A stretch of 64,000 nt of DNA, from assembly GCF_964194155.1 (NCBI RefSeq), contig NC_135880.1:221836001-221900000 (forward strand). Reading direction: 5' to 3'. The notes below the pieces were generated by a model. That model made no database searches. It saw only the letters and a list, made by a program, of their open reading frames with translations, and was not told where the DNA came from. Origin of the DNA: Cetorhinus maximus. Its lineage: Eukaryota. Shown piece after piece: positions 13,533 through 24,112 of the stretch; the first letter of the stretch is position 1; the number at the start of each line of letters is the position of its first letter. The position numbers and the translations under genes are program-made.

Positions 13533-14169
13533 AGGTCTGAATTTTTCACGTGTTGGGTGGGCTCGGCGGGAGCGGTCAGGGGTGATCAAGGAGCCGACTG
13601 CCGTCTGCGATCGGCTCCACACAATTTCACACGGGCAGGCCAATTAAGGCCCACTCTGCATGGATCGCAAGTGGCAGCACTGAGCGCTACCTGTGCGGGC
13701 GGGGGCAGGAGGGAGAGCCGGGCCTGGCACATAATTCGCGCACGCGCACGAAGGAACACTTCAATCTCCCTGAGGCACAGAGCTGCCTCAGGGAGACTGA
13801 AACGCTTTTTAAAAAAATGATTAAAGACAATAAAAATTTAATGACGTGGTCACATGAGATGGGACGTGTTTTTAATTTCAAAAGAAAGTTTTTATTTAAT
13901 TTGTGATAGCTTTAGGAAACCTCATCCCACTCGTTGATGAGGTTGCCTAAAAAATGTAAAGGCCGCTTGGCCTTTTCGCCTGCCCACCAACCATTAAATT
14001 GGATGAGCAGCATAAACTTCAACTTAATTACCTTGTTAATGGCCTTAATAGGCCTTTTAATTATCAGAGGTCACGCAGTCGAATCCAGGGCTCGCCTGCC
14101 GAACAAAATATCGCGATGGTGCAGTGACATCTGGATGCACGCTGGTATGCCGAAGGTAAAATTCTGGCC
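13533..14169. mobile_element. PIF/Harbinger-like MITE inserted in an L2 fragment
   Basis: Termini ggtctgaattttt / aaaattctggcc. Internal sequence shared with the copies at 10.5, 43.4 and 45.4 kb (ccctgaggcacagagctgcctcagggag). Confidence 0.65.
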
Positions 14170-14449
14170 ACAGTGATCCAAAGTAGATATTAGGGCAGAA
14201 CATGGTCAAAGATGTGGGTTTTAAGGAGTGTTGTAAAAAGGGAGGAAAAAAAGCAGAGGGGTTTAGGAACTGAATTCCAGAGCTTAGGGCCTCATTAGCT
14301 GAATGTAACATCTAAGGAAAGGGTGCTTTATAAATGCAAGATGGTTGTTGTTGTGAGGGAATAGCCTGTCAAGACATGAATAACGGGTAAGAGCCAGGAG
14401 AGTTAGGCGATGGGATTTATTTTGGATTGCTCTAAGTAACAACAATGCC

Positions 14450-14990
14450 TTTTTTTTTAATTCATTTATTGCCCATCCCTAGTTGCCTTTGAGAAGGTGG
14501 TGGTGAGCTGCCTTCTTGAACCGCTGCAGAAGGGTTCTGGCTGGGGGAGGGTTCTGGCTTGGGGAGGGTTCTGGTTGGGGGAGGGTTCGGGCCGCATTTG
14601 TTAACCATGGGTGGTTCAACCTTTTCATTGAGTCCTTCTTTTTGACCGGTGCTGGTGTATAAATTGTATTTATACAAAGGACACAGCAACAATGATATGT
14701 TGGATGTAAGCTTCGCTGGCTGGGCCATTGTCCTTGAGAAGGTGGTGGTGAGCTGCCTTCTTGAACCGCTGCAGTCCATGTAGGTACACCCACAGTGCTG
14801 TTAGGGAGGGATTTCCAGGATTTTGACCCAGCGACAGTGAAGGAACGGCAATATATTTCCAAGTCAGGATGGTGTGTTGATTGGAGGGGAACTTCCAGGT
14901 AGTGGTGTTCCCATCTACCTGCTGCCCTTGTCCTCTAGGTGGTAGCGCTCATGGGTTTGGAAAATGCTGAAAGAGCCTTGGTGAGTTACT
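14450..14990 (-). mobile_element. CR1-like LINE 3' end(s) with an internal duplication
   Basis: Encodes SFTVAGSKSW.SLPNSTVG..FKKAAHHHLL; a 41-bp segment occurs twice. Confidence 0.65.
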
Positions 14991-15653
14991 ACACTTCAAA
15001 GATACTTAATTGGCCCTGAGGTAATGAAAGGTGCTATATAAATGCCAAGTGTTGTTTCTAGCAAGGACACAATGAGTTGGCTCGTTCTCTGGGCTATAAA
15101 TCACTGTGCCAGATGAATGTCACTGAACCTTACCCTATGTGGCAGGATACCTCCTGTTGTGAAGCAATTGGCAGTGAGGATTTACAGGGTTTCTGTTTGT
15201 AAGCTTTGGCATATATAGCCATGATCCCGCCTCGTGTTGCCTTTGGACTTGGTCACAAGAACTCTACACAAGAGTTCGAGCAAGCCATGCAACACGTACT
15301 GAACTGCTGGTAATTTTTTCAAACCGTTGTACATTCTTTCCTGTAAAAAAAAATCCAGAATCCTCAAGGCTCCAGCCCCATGGCGAGTGAATCGTGTCTC
15401 GGCAAAATTGCACCTTATCTCTTGATGCTCAATGAGACGTTGCTAGCGAGAGGCAGGAAGGCCTAAGAAGCGTAGTAGAGGAGGTGGGGGGGTGGGGGGG
15501 AGAAGTCCAAAGGCAAGAATCTGGAATGGTATCGCTCCTAACTCCTGAAACCTGGCCGAAAGAGGCCGGTCACCCTGGCAATGAGATAAAGATGCGGAGG
15601 GAACTCTCAATGCTTTCAAAATAAATGCAATGTTTGTAAAGCGAGTTGTTCAC

Positions 15654-15710
15654 CTTGATCTCGCTCTCCAGCAGTGTCCCATGTCCGGCGACTAGAAGCA
15701 CGCAGATCAT
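15654..15710 (-). CDS. gkup: gkup coding exon 1 (MICVLLVAGHGTLLESEIK)
   Basis: ATG at 15710, donor AAG|gtgaac. Matches the recalled N-terminus of fish glucuronokinase/putative uridyl pyrophosphorylase (MICILLVAGHGT..). Phase 0 joins the next exon. Confidence 0.88.
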
Positions 15711-15914
15711 TGGGGCCACCGCAGTAACCGGCTGGGCTGCAAGTCAATGAAACTGACTCCAATAAACTTGCAGCAAGTCCAAGTTCGTCTTTTCATGGAT
15801 GTTAACGGTGTCTCGCAGCGTCTCCACTCATTGCTCAGCGTCCTGACATCACCGGTTACAGGCGGAGTTATACTGATATAGAGCAGGCTCTCTCTCAACT
15901 CTCTCTAAAAGCAC

Positions 15915-16195
15915 AAGTAACAGAACTGTTAGAGTCATATGGACTCGAAACGTTAACTGTGCGTTAAGGGCAGTGACTCAGGCGGGAGCGGAGCTCTGGT
16001 AAAATTGGTCTTGATTTTCAGTATGAAGCAAACATAATTTAGGCAAGCGTGGGAGTTCCTCACTTAGGTATTGATGAAAGTGGGAAGCCGACGACATGGT
16101 TAGTGTCTGACAGATGCTGTCAGACCTGCTGAGTTTTTCCAGGTATTTTTATTTTTGTTTTGGATTTCCAGCATCCGCAGTTTTTTTGCTTTTAT
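15915..16195 (+). mobile_element. Penelope pLTR fragment in the gkup upstream region
   Basis: gagtcatatggactcgaaacgttaac ... cagatgctgtcagacctgctgagtttttcc, flanked by duplicated ctctctaaa(a)gcac. Confidence 0.65.
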
Positions 16196-16879
16196 CTCTC
16201 TAAAGCACCTTGTGTTCTGTGTCTCTTCGCCACAAGCGCCTGTGTCGTTCTCTAACATATGAATCTAAACTATAGGGCGGTCAGTAACTCTTTGTTAACT
16301 GCTTGGTTTTCCTCTCTCTCTGACTATTCAAATTGCCAGGGATTAGGAAACCAACGTGGGGAAAGTAAATAAAAACAGAAAATGCTGGAAATACTCAGCA
16401 GGCCTGACAGAGTCTGTGGAGAGAGAAACAGGGTTAATGTTTCGAGTCCGTTTCTGGGGAAAGTGGAGGCGTTCAAAATCATGAGACGTTTGATAGAGTA
16501 AGTAAGGAGAAACTGTTTTCCAGCGGCAGAAAGATATATAACCAGAGGAGACAGATTGAAGGTGATTGACAAGACAACCGGAGGCTACATAAGGAAACTT
16601 CTTTATACAGTGCGTTGTTGTGGTCTGGAATACGCTGCCAGAAAGGGCAGTGAAAACAGATTTAACAATAATTTTCAAAAGGGAATTGGATAAATACATG
16701 AAAGGAAAGAAACGTGCAAGGTTATTGGGAAAGAGCAGTGGAGCGGGATTAATTAGATAGCTGTACCAAAGAGCCAACACATGCTTGAGGGGCTGAATAG
16801 CCTCCTTCTGTGCTGTATCATTCTATGATCCTACGCAGAACTCTGATGAAGGATTGCACACCGAGCATTAATGTGCACT

Positions 16880-17765
16880 TAAGATAAAAGCAAAATACTG
16901 TGGACGTTGGAAATCTGAAACAAAAACAGAAAATGCTGGAAAAACTCAGCAGGTGTAACAACTTCTGTGGAGAGGAAAACAAAGTTAACGTTTCGAGTCT
17001 GTACGACTCTTCTTCAGAGCTAAAAAGAAGTAAAAATGTGATGCAATTTATACTGTTTAAGGGGGGTAGAGCAGGTGAAACTGGATAGAAGGCCAGTGAT
17101 AGGTGGGGGTAAAGGAGAGATTGACAAAGATGTCATGAACAAGAGGATAAAGCGGGTGTTAATGGTAGTGCTACTGGCTGAAGGAGGTGCTGATGGTGGC
17201 ATTAAGGTAAGAAAGCAGAATGTGGTAATAGCAGGACAAGGGTAAGCACTCTGGAAAGAACAACATGAACAAGTGACAGATGGCCCTTTTGGGGGTGGGG
17301 TGGGGGGAGGGGACGGTGGTGGGAAAAAAGATCGAAAATAGGATATACGGTGGGGATAAAACTGAATAAAAATGAAAATAAATAAAAATAAAAATGTGGA
17401 TAAAAAATAAAAATTAAAAAATAAAAATGAATAAAGGGGGCAAGGATGGAGGAGAGAGTTCATGGTCTGAAGTTGTTGAACTCGATGTTAAGTCCAGAAG
17501 GCTGTAAAGTGCCTAGTCGGAAGATGAGGTGCTGTTCCTCCAGTTTGCGTTGAGCTTCACTGGAACATTGCAGCAAGCCAAGGACGGACATGTGGGCATG
17601 AGAGCAGGGTGCTATGTTGAAATGGCAAGCGACAGGGAGGTCTGGGTCATGCTTGCTGACAGATCGAAGGTGTTCCACAAAGCGGTTACCCAGTCTGCGT
17701 TTGGTCTCTCCAACGTAGAGGAGACCGCATTGGGAGCAGCGAATGCAGTAGACAACTTGTCCTTC
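16880..17765 (-). mobile_element. Penelope-like element 3' part (GIY-YIG endonuclease C-terminus plus pLTR)
   Basis: ORF VVYCIRCSQCGLLYVGETKRRLGNRFVEH..RKLEEQHLIFRLGTLQPSGLNIEF, followed by a pLTR containing a hammerhead core. Confidence 0.9.
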
Positions 17766-18769
17766 CACTCTTATGGATGCTGACTGCTTGATTACATATT
17801 TTCAGCATTTGTTTGTAGTGGATTTATTTGCTGCCGTTTTGCACAGTTGCCTGACCAAGAGGGCCACATCCAACTCGCAGCTCTGAAGAATAGTCATATT
17901 CGACTCAAAATGTTAACTCTGTTTCTCTCTCCTCAGATGCTGCCAGACCTGCTTAGTTTTTCCAGCACTTTCTGTTTTTATTTCAGCATCCAACTTTCAG
18001 CATCCATCTGGTTCACCACCACCTTCTCAAGAGCGATTAGGGATGGGCAATAAGTGCTGGCCTAGCCAACAATGCTCACATCCCATGAGAGAATAAATTT
18101 TAAAAAGTACCTTTTCCAAGGTTCAAAAACGGACAAGGAGGCAGGTGGGATCCTTGTGTGCGTGTTCAGTTTGCCGCCGAATAAAGTTCATGGAGAATAT
18201 TAATACCTAATGTCTACACCCATCCAGGCACAAATATGCAGAGCCAACTCCACATAAACTTCTGAAACCTCCTCATTTTAAAAAAATTGTGGTTTTCTAT
18301 TACATTCCAGAGACTTGAGTACAAACTTTCGTGCAGTGCTGAAGGAGTACTGCACAGTTGGAGCTGCTGTCTTTTGGATGAGATGTTAAACTGAGATCCT
18401 GGCTGCCCTCTCAAGTAGACATAAATGATCCCATGGCACTATTTTGAAGAGGAGCAGGGAAGTTCTTCTGAGTGTAATGGAAAAAATATTTATCCCTCAA
18501 TCATCATCACGTAAACAGATTATCAGGTCATTATCATATTGCTGTTTGTGGGAATTTGCTGCATGCAAATTGATTGTTGTGTTTCCCACATTACAACAGT
18601 GACTACACTTCAAAAGAACTTCATTGGCTGTAAAGCCTGATGTTGTGAAAAGCTCTTTATAGATGTAAATTTTTACTTACTTTGAAAACATTTAAGATTA
18701 AAATATCTAAGATGTAGAAGCTACTGATCAAAAAAACTGGGATTCAATCAATTGAGCTAAACTGGGCTG

Positions 18770-20160
18770 CTTGTATGAGTAGAGAGTTGACCCTTGAATG
18801 ATTTGAATGTCCACTTTGGCAGGAAGAATTGAAAAGCGGTATACTATTTAAATGGAAAGGGGTTGCAGAACTCGATGGTACAGAAGGATCTGGGTGTCCT
18901 GCTACATGAATATAGGGGGATATGCAGATAGTGTGGGAAAATGTTGTAGAGGTAGATAATCAGCCATGATCTAATTGAATGGCCTACTCCTGTTCCTATG
19001 TATCACAAAATGTTAGTATGCAGGTGCAGTAAGTGATTAGGAAAACAATTGGAATGTTGCTGTTTATTGCAAGAGGAATGGAATATAAAAGCAGGGAAGT
19101 TTTACTGCAGCTGTACAGGGCCCTGGTGAGACCATGTCTGGAGTACTGTGTACAGTTTTAGTCTCCTTATGTGAAAAAGGACGTAAATGCATTAGAAGTT
19201 CAGAGAAGGATCAGTTGACTCATTCCTGGGATGAAGGGCTTATATTATGAAGAAAGATCGAAAAGTTAGGCCTGTACCCATTGGAGTTTAGAAGGGTGAG
19301 AGGTGATCTTATTGAATCATATAAGATCCTGAGGGGACTTGATAGGGTGGATATGGGGAGGATGTTTCCTCTTATGCGGGGACTAGAACCAGGGGATACA
19401 GTTTATAAATAAAAGGTATAAATATAAATATAAATAAAAATAAATAAGAGGGAGATGAAGAGAGTTTTTTCTCCAATAGGATCATTAGTCTGTGACATTC
19501 TTTTCCCCAGAAAGCAGTGGAGGCTGGGTCATTGAATTTATTCAAGGCTGAGTTGGATGCATTTTTGATAGGCAAAGGTTATGGGCGCAGACAGGAAAGG
19601 GGAGCTGAGATCACAGATCAGCCATGATCTTATTGAATGGCAGAGCAGGCTCAAAGGGCTGAATAGCCTACTCTGGCTCCTAAGTCCTATGTTCCTATGA
19701 TGCTGGGGTTGAAATGGTTAATTTAAGTGGACTGGTTGCATAGACTTGGCTTGTATTCCCTTGAGTATAGAAGGTCGAGAAGGTGACCTGATTAAGGTGG
19801 TTAAGATGATAAAGAGAGTCCATCGGATACTTAGAAAGAAACTACATCCCACGGTGGGGAAGTTACGAAGGAGGGGATTTAATCTTAACATTAGAGTGAA
19901 GACAGTTAGAAGTGAAATCAAGAAACACTTCTTCACACAAAGAATGGTGGAAATCTGGTATTCTGTCCACCAAAAGACTGTGGATACTGGGGGTCAATTA
20001 CAATGTCCAAGACTGAGATTGATAGATCTTTGTTCACCAAAGGTGTCAAGGGATATGGAACAAAGATGACTGAATGGAATTGAGGTACAAATCAGCCACA
20101 ATGTAATTGAATGACAGAACAGGCTTGAGACGGCTGAATGACCTACTCCTGTCCCATATC
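18770..20160 (+). mobile_element. cluster of CR1 LINE 3' fragments
   Basis: Degraded DLGVL, RPCLEYCVQF and RGDLIE coding remnants; CR1 tails (cagccatgatct..gaatgg..cctactcct). Confidence 0.8.
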
Positions 20161-23100
20161 ATCCGAAAGGCAGCACCTTGAACAGTACTGCACTGAAATG
20201 TCAATATAAATTACCTGTTCAAGTCTCTGTAACAACACTTGAACTCATGAGCTTCTGACTCAACCATCATTTAGATTGTGTTAATGGACATACTCGAGTT
20301 TAAATGATATTACAGACCTGAAGAGTAGAGGTAATGAGAATGTCACATCCCTAATTTGTTCCACGATCATTTACATTGACCTACATTGGCTCCTGGCTAA
20401 GTACTGTCTCAAGTTTAAAATTCCCTATTTCTAAATTCCACCATGGCCCTTCCCCTCCCTATCTCTAATCTCCTGCAGCCTCAAATCATCTAAGGTATCT
20501 GCACTCCTCTAATTGGCCGGTCAGCATCCCAATTTTCTTTGCTCCAACATTGGCAACCACGTTTCAACTGTCTGGATGGGCCTTAAACCCTGGAATTGTC
20601 TCCCTAAACCTTTCCATTTCTCTACCTCTTTTTCCTCCTTTAAGACGCTCCTTAAAACCTACCTCTTTGACCAAGCTTTTGGTCATTTGTTCTAATATTT
20701 CTTTATATAGATCAAATTTTGTTTTATAATGCTCCTGTGAAACACCTTGGGATGTTTTGTTATGTTAAAGGTGCTATATAAACACAACTTCTTGTACAGG
20801 ATTTTGTGTATGCATAATGGCTGCCATACTTGCATAGACTATAACAGTAGCTGCACAGTAAAGCATTTCATTGCACATAAAGTGCGTGAAGATGGCCCCC
20901 GAGAAATGTCTCTGAAGAAGAGTCATGTCATACAGACGCAAAACATTAACTCTGTTTCTCTCTCCACAGATGCTGCCAGACCTGCTGAGTTTTTCCAGCA
21001 TTTTCTGTTTTTATTACCCCGCAAAATGTCATTTGTTTTCACTTTTTAAAAAAAGCTCCAGAGGTGAAATCAGCCAGATTCAATTCTGGAAAGTCCTGCT
21101 GTGAAATCACTTCAAGCAGGCGTCTTGCTGTCTTTTGGCTGTCTATCAGCCCAGCTTCAGTGGAATCTTAGCCAGTGCAAAATGAATTTATAAAAATATC
21201 TCAAGCGATTGTTTGGGATTAGGAACTTAACATTTGAAAAGAGAAAACATGTAAAAACTTTGGAACACTCTCAACAAACAAATCGCCTGTCAACTCTTAA
21301 CTGACATGCGTACAATAGTGAGCAGAGTTTTTGGTTATGTTTTGGTATAAGCACAACTCCACTTTATTTGGTCAGAGAGTAATGCGACGTTCCTATATAA
21401 CTAGAATGAGTGTTTACTCATCCAGTAAACATGCAATGTACACAATCAGTGCATGTGGTGCAACAGCATCATATTTGCATTATTCCACCAATTATTCAAT
21501 TGCGTTGAAATATTCCATTATCTGCATCACACACGATGCAGCTGAACTTCAGCGTTAATAGTGCAGCTAGCAACATGTATGTTACTGCTTTATAATGCAA
21601 CTTATACCGTATTAAGGTACCGGGGACAACTCTCTGACATTTAAATTACCGATTACAAACTACAACTTACTTTCCATTACTCACCAATTTCCTAATTAGG
21701 AGAGTGGAGTCTGATGATGCAAGATTCCAGGGCCATAAACTTGAGCTATATGTCGATTGGAATTCAAGATGCTGTTTAAACTAACAGTCTGACATAGTCA
21801 TACTCACAGAATGCTCATTTCCATCTGCTCAATTTCAGAATTCTCTATCATTGTTCCAAAAATTAAAATATTCAAGATGATGAAAATCTAAAGCAGAAAA
21901 CAGAAAGCTAGAAACTGATGTGTGCCGATGAAAGGTTATCGACCCGAAACTATGTTTCTCCCTCTGCAGGTGCTGCCAGACCTGCTGAATATTTCCAACA
22001 TTTTCTGTTCTTATTTTATGTGTCCAATTCCTCAGAACTAAGTTATGCAGCCAAAACTTTGACAACCTGCTTTCTCTACAGATACTGATTGACTTACGAT
22101 GTGTTTCCTGCATCATGTACTACCCTGCTGATAGGATAGACCCACCAAAGTTTGATGTCATATGATAAAGGCAAAACACTGTGGATGCTGGAAATCTGAA
22201 ACAAAAACAAAAAGTACTGGAAAAACTCAGCAGGTCTGACAGCATCTGTGGAGAGAAAGACAGAGTTAACGGTTCGAGTCTGTGTGACTGTTCTGAAGAG
22301 TCATACGGATTCGAAATGCTAACTCTGTCTTTCCCTCCACAGATGCTGATGTACTATGATATGTGATATCTTTAATTTCACTACCCATCTTCTGTTTGCC
22401 GACCTCTGTAAACTTGAAGCCATGCAAAATTCTTCTACCCGTGTTGTTCACTCATCGCCCTTGTGCCCACAGACCTACACAGGCTCATAGTTAAGCAGTG
22501 CCTCGATATTAAAATTCCTCATTTTATTTTCCAATCCTTCTTTCGTCTTGCCCTGTCCTATTTCTGTAACATCCACCAGCACCACAACCCACTGAGATCT
22601 CTGCATTCCTCTTGAGCATCCCTGATTTCATGCCTTCAACTACCAAGGGCTTAGGCTCCGTAATTCACTTCCTATAGCTTCCCATTTCACTTCCTCTCTT
22701 TCCCCCTTTAAGACACACCTCAAAGCCTACCTCTTTGACCAAGCTTTTGGTCACCTGTCTTAATAGTTCTTTAGGTGGCTTGGGGTTAATTTGGTTTGAT
22801 AATACTTCTGTGAAGCACCTTGGGACATTTTACTATGTTAAAAGCACTAAATATATACAAGTTATTATTGTTTAATTTCTGGATTGCAGTTCCTTTAATT
22901 CCCAGGTTTACATGTAATTCTAAATCTTCTATAAAAATGATCATTATCAATAAGAATTAACAAGCGTCTCTTTTTTAAAGGGCAGAAACAATAATCTGTA
23001 ATAGCTAAAAGGAAATTTAACAAATTAAATCACAATATTGGCCCTGGTGTTGACTATGAACTCCAGTCCCTCTGGTTCAGGAAGGGCTCAAGCCTACCAG

Positions 23101-23499
23101 TGGACATTCCATGATCACTCTCCAGGGATACCCGGGCATCAACATGCTGCAGAAGAGAGATGGGCAGATGAACCGTTGCTGTTAATCTAATTCCTTTTAA
23201 ACCCCAGGGTTACTGCATTCTGAATCCCAGGGTTGAGGAGTCCACAACCAGAGGACATGAATTTAGGGTAAGAGATGGGAGGTTTAGAAGGGTTTTGAGG
23301 GGAAATTTAACACGCAGCGGGGATCTGGAACTTACTGCCTGAAAGGGTGGTAGGGGCAGGAACCCTCAATATTATAAGTACTTGGAATACTGTAACCTAC
23401 AAGGCTACAGACTAAGCTGGAAAGTGGGATTAGGTTGGGTGGCCACTTTTTTGGCCAGCATGGACTCTCCTCCCGTGCTATAGATTTCTTTGCTTGTAT

Positions 23500-23660
23500 G
23501 GTTGCTGCCCCTGTAAATCCAAGGTATTCCAACCTTTTAAATCCCTGGGTTGCTGGCCCTTTAAATCTCCGGGTTACTGGCCCTTTAAATCTCCGGGTTG
23601 CTGGCCCTTTAAATCCCCGGGTTGCTGGCTTTTTAAATCTCCGGGTTGCTGGCCCTTTAA
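23500..23660. repeat. 24-bp minisatellite (tttaaatctccgggttgctggccc), ~6 copies, abutting the sc5d promoter
   Basis: Period 24, visible as 8-aa repeats in the ORF track. Confidence 0.92.
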
Positions 23661-23689
23661 CATTGAGAACAGCCGATGGTTCTATTAGT

Positions 23690-23965
23690 GATGTCACGCG
23701 TCAGGCGACTCCGCAGCCAATCGCCGCCGAGGAGGTGATCTGTCGCAGTCGCATTAATCCCCGCCTGCTAAACGCTGATTGGTGATTTAGGAGATCCCGC
23801 CCTCTCCATTTCTTCCTCTCATTGGTTCAAGCAGAGACACCTGGTGATAAGAACAGATCAGTTGGCCAATTAACATCGGACTGACGTCGCGCTGCGAGCT
23901 TCGATTGGTCCCTGAAAACTGTCAATCACAGGGGGCGGTAGGGTTTGGCCGGTTCCTTGGCAACC
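23690..23965 (+). promoter_or_regulatory. sc5d CpG-rich promoter
   Basis: CpG-rich. CCAAT/ATTGG at 23717, 23778, 23821, 23866 and 23904; SRE-like GTCAGGCGAC 23700-23709; CRE-like TGACGTC 23882; GC box 23931; X-box-like GTTCCTTGGCAAC 23952-23964. Confidence 0.7.
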
Positions 23966-24112
23966 GTGGGGCTGGAGCAGCGCGAAGCGGCGTAAAGCTG
24001 GCGGTTTAAATTAGCCCGGAGTTTCGCCTGACAGGTAGGCAGCAAATAGTCTGTTGCCCAACGCTCGAGGGTGGACCGGGGCTGGCCTGATCCGGAGTGT
24101 CGCCCGCCCGTG
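23965..24112 (+). other. sc5d: sc5d putative non-coding exon 1 (donor at 24035 or 24113; TSS approximate)
   Basis: Two strong donors, CAG|gtaggc and GTG|gtaggt, directly downstream of the promoter. The ATG exon has an acceptor 8 nt upstream of ATG, so an upstream exon is required. Confidence 0.55.

Noticed and set aside
15182-15367. ORF / acceptor-like site in gkup intron 1
   Set aside because: gkup exons 1 and 2 join seamlessly without it, and the peptide has no recognisable homology.
21710-21795. Possible C/D box snoRNA (TGATGA...CTGA)
   Set aside because: Imperfect box C, no terminal stem, intergenic location and no recognisable antisense element.
23332-23785. Overlapping repetitive ORFs (FKSPGCWP / GPLNLRVA repeats)
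   Set aside because: Translation of the 24-bp minisatellite, with no splice or homology support.
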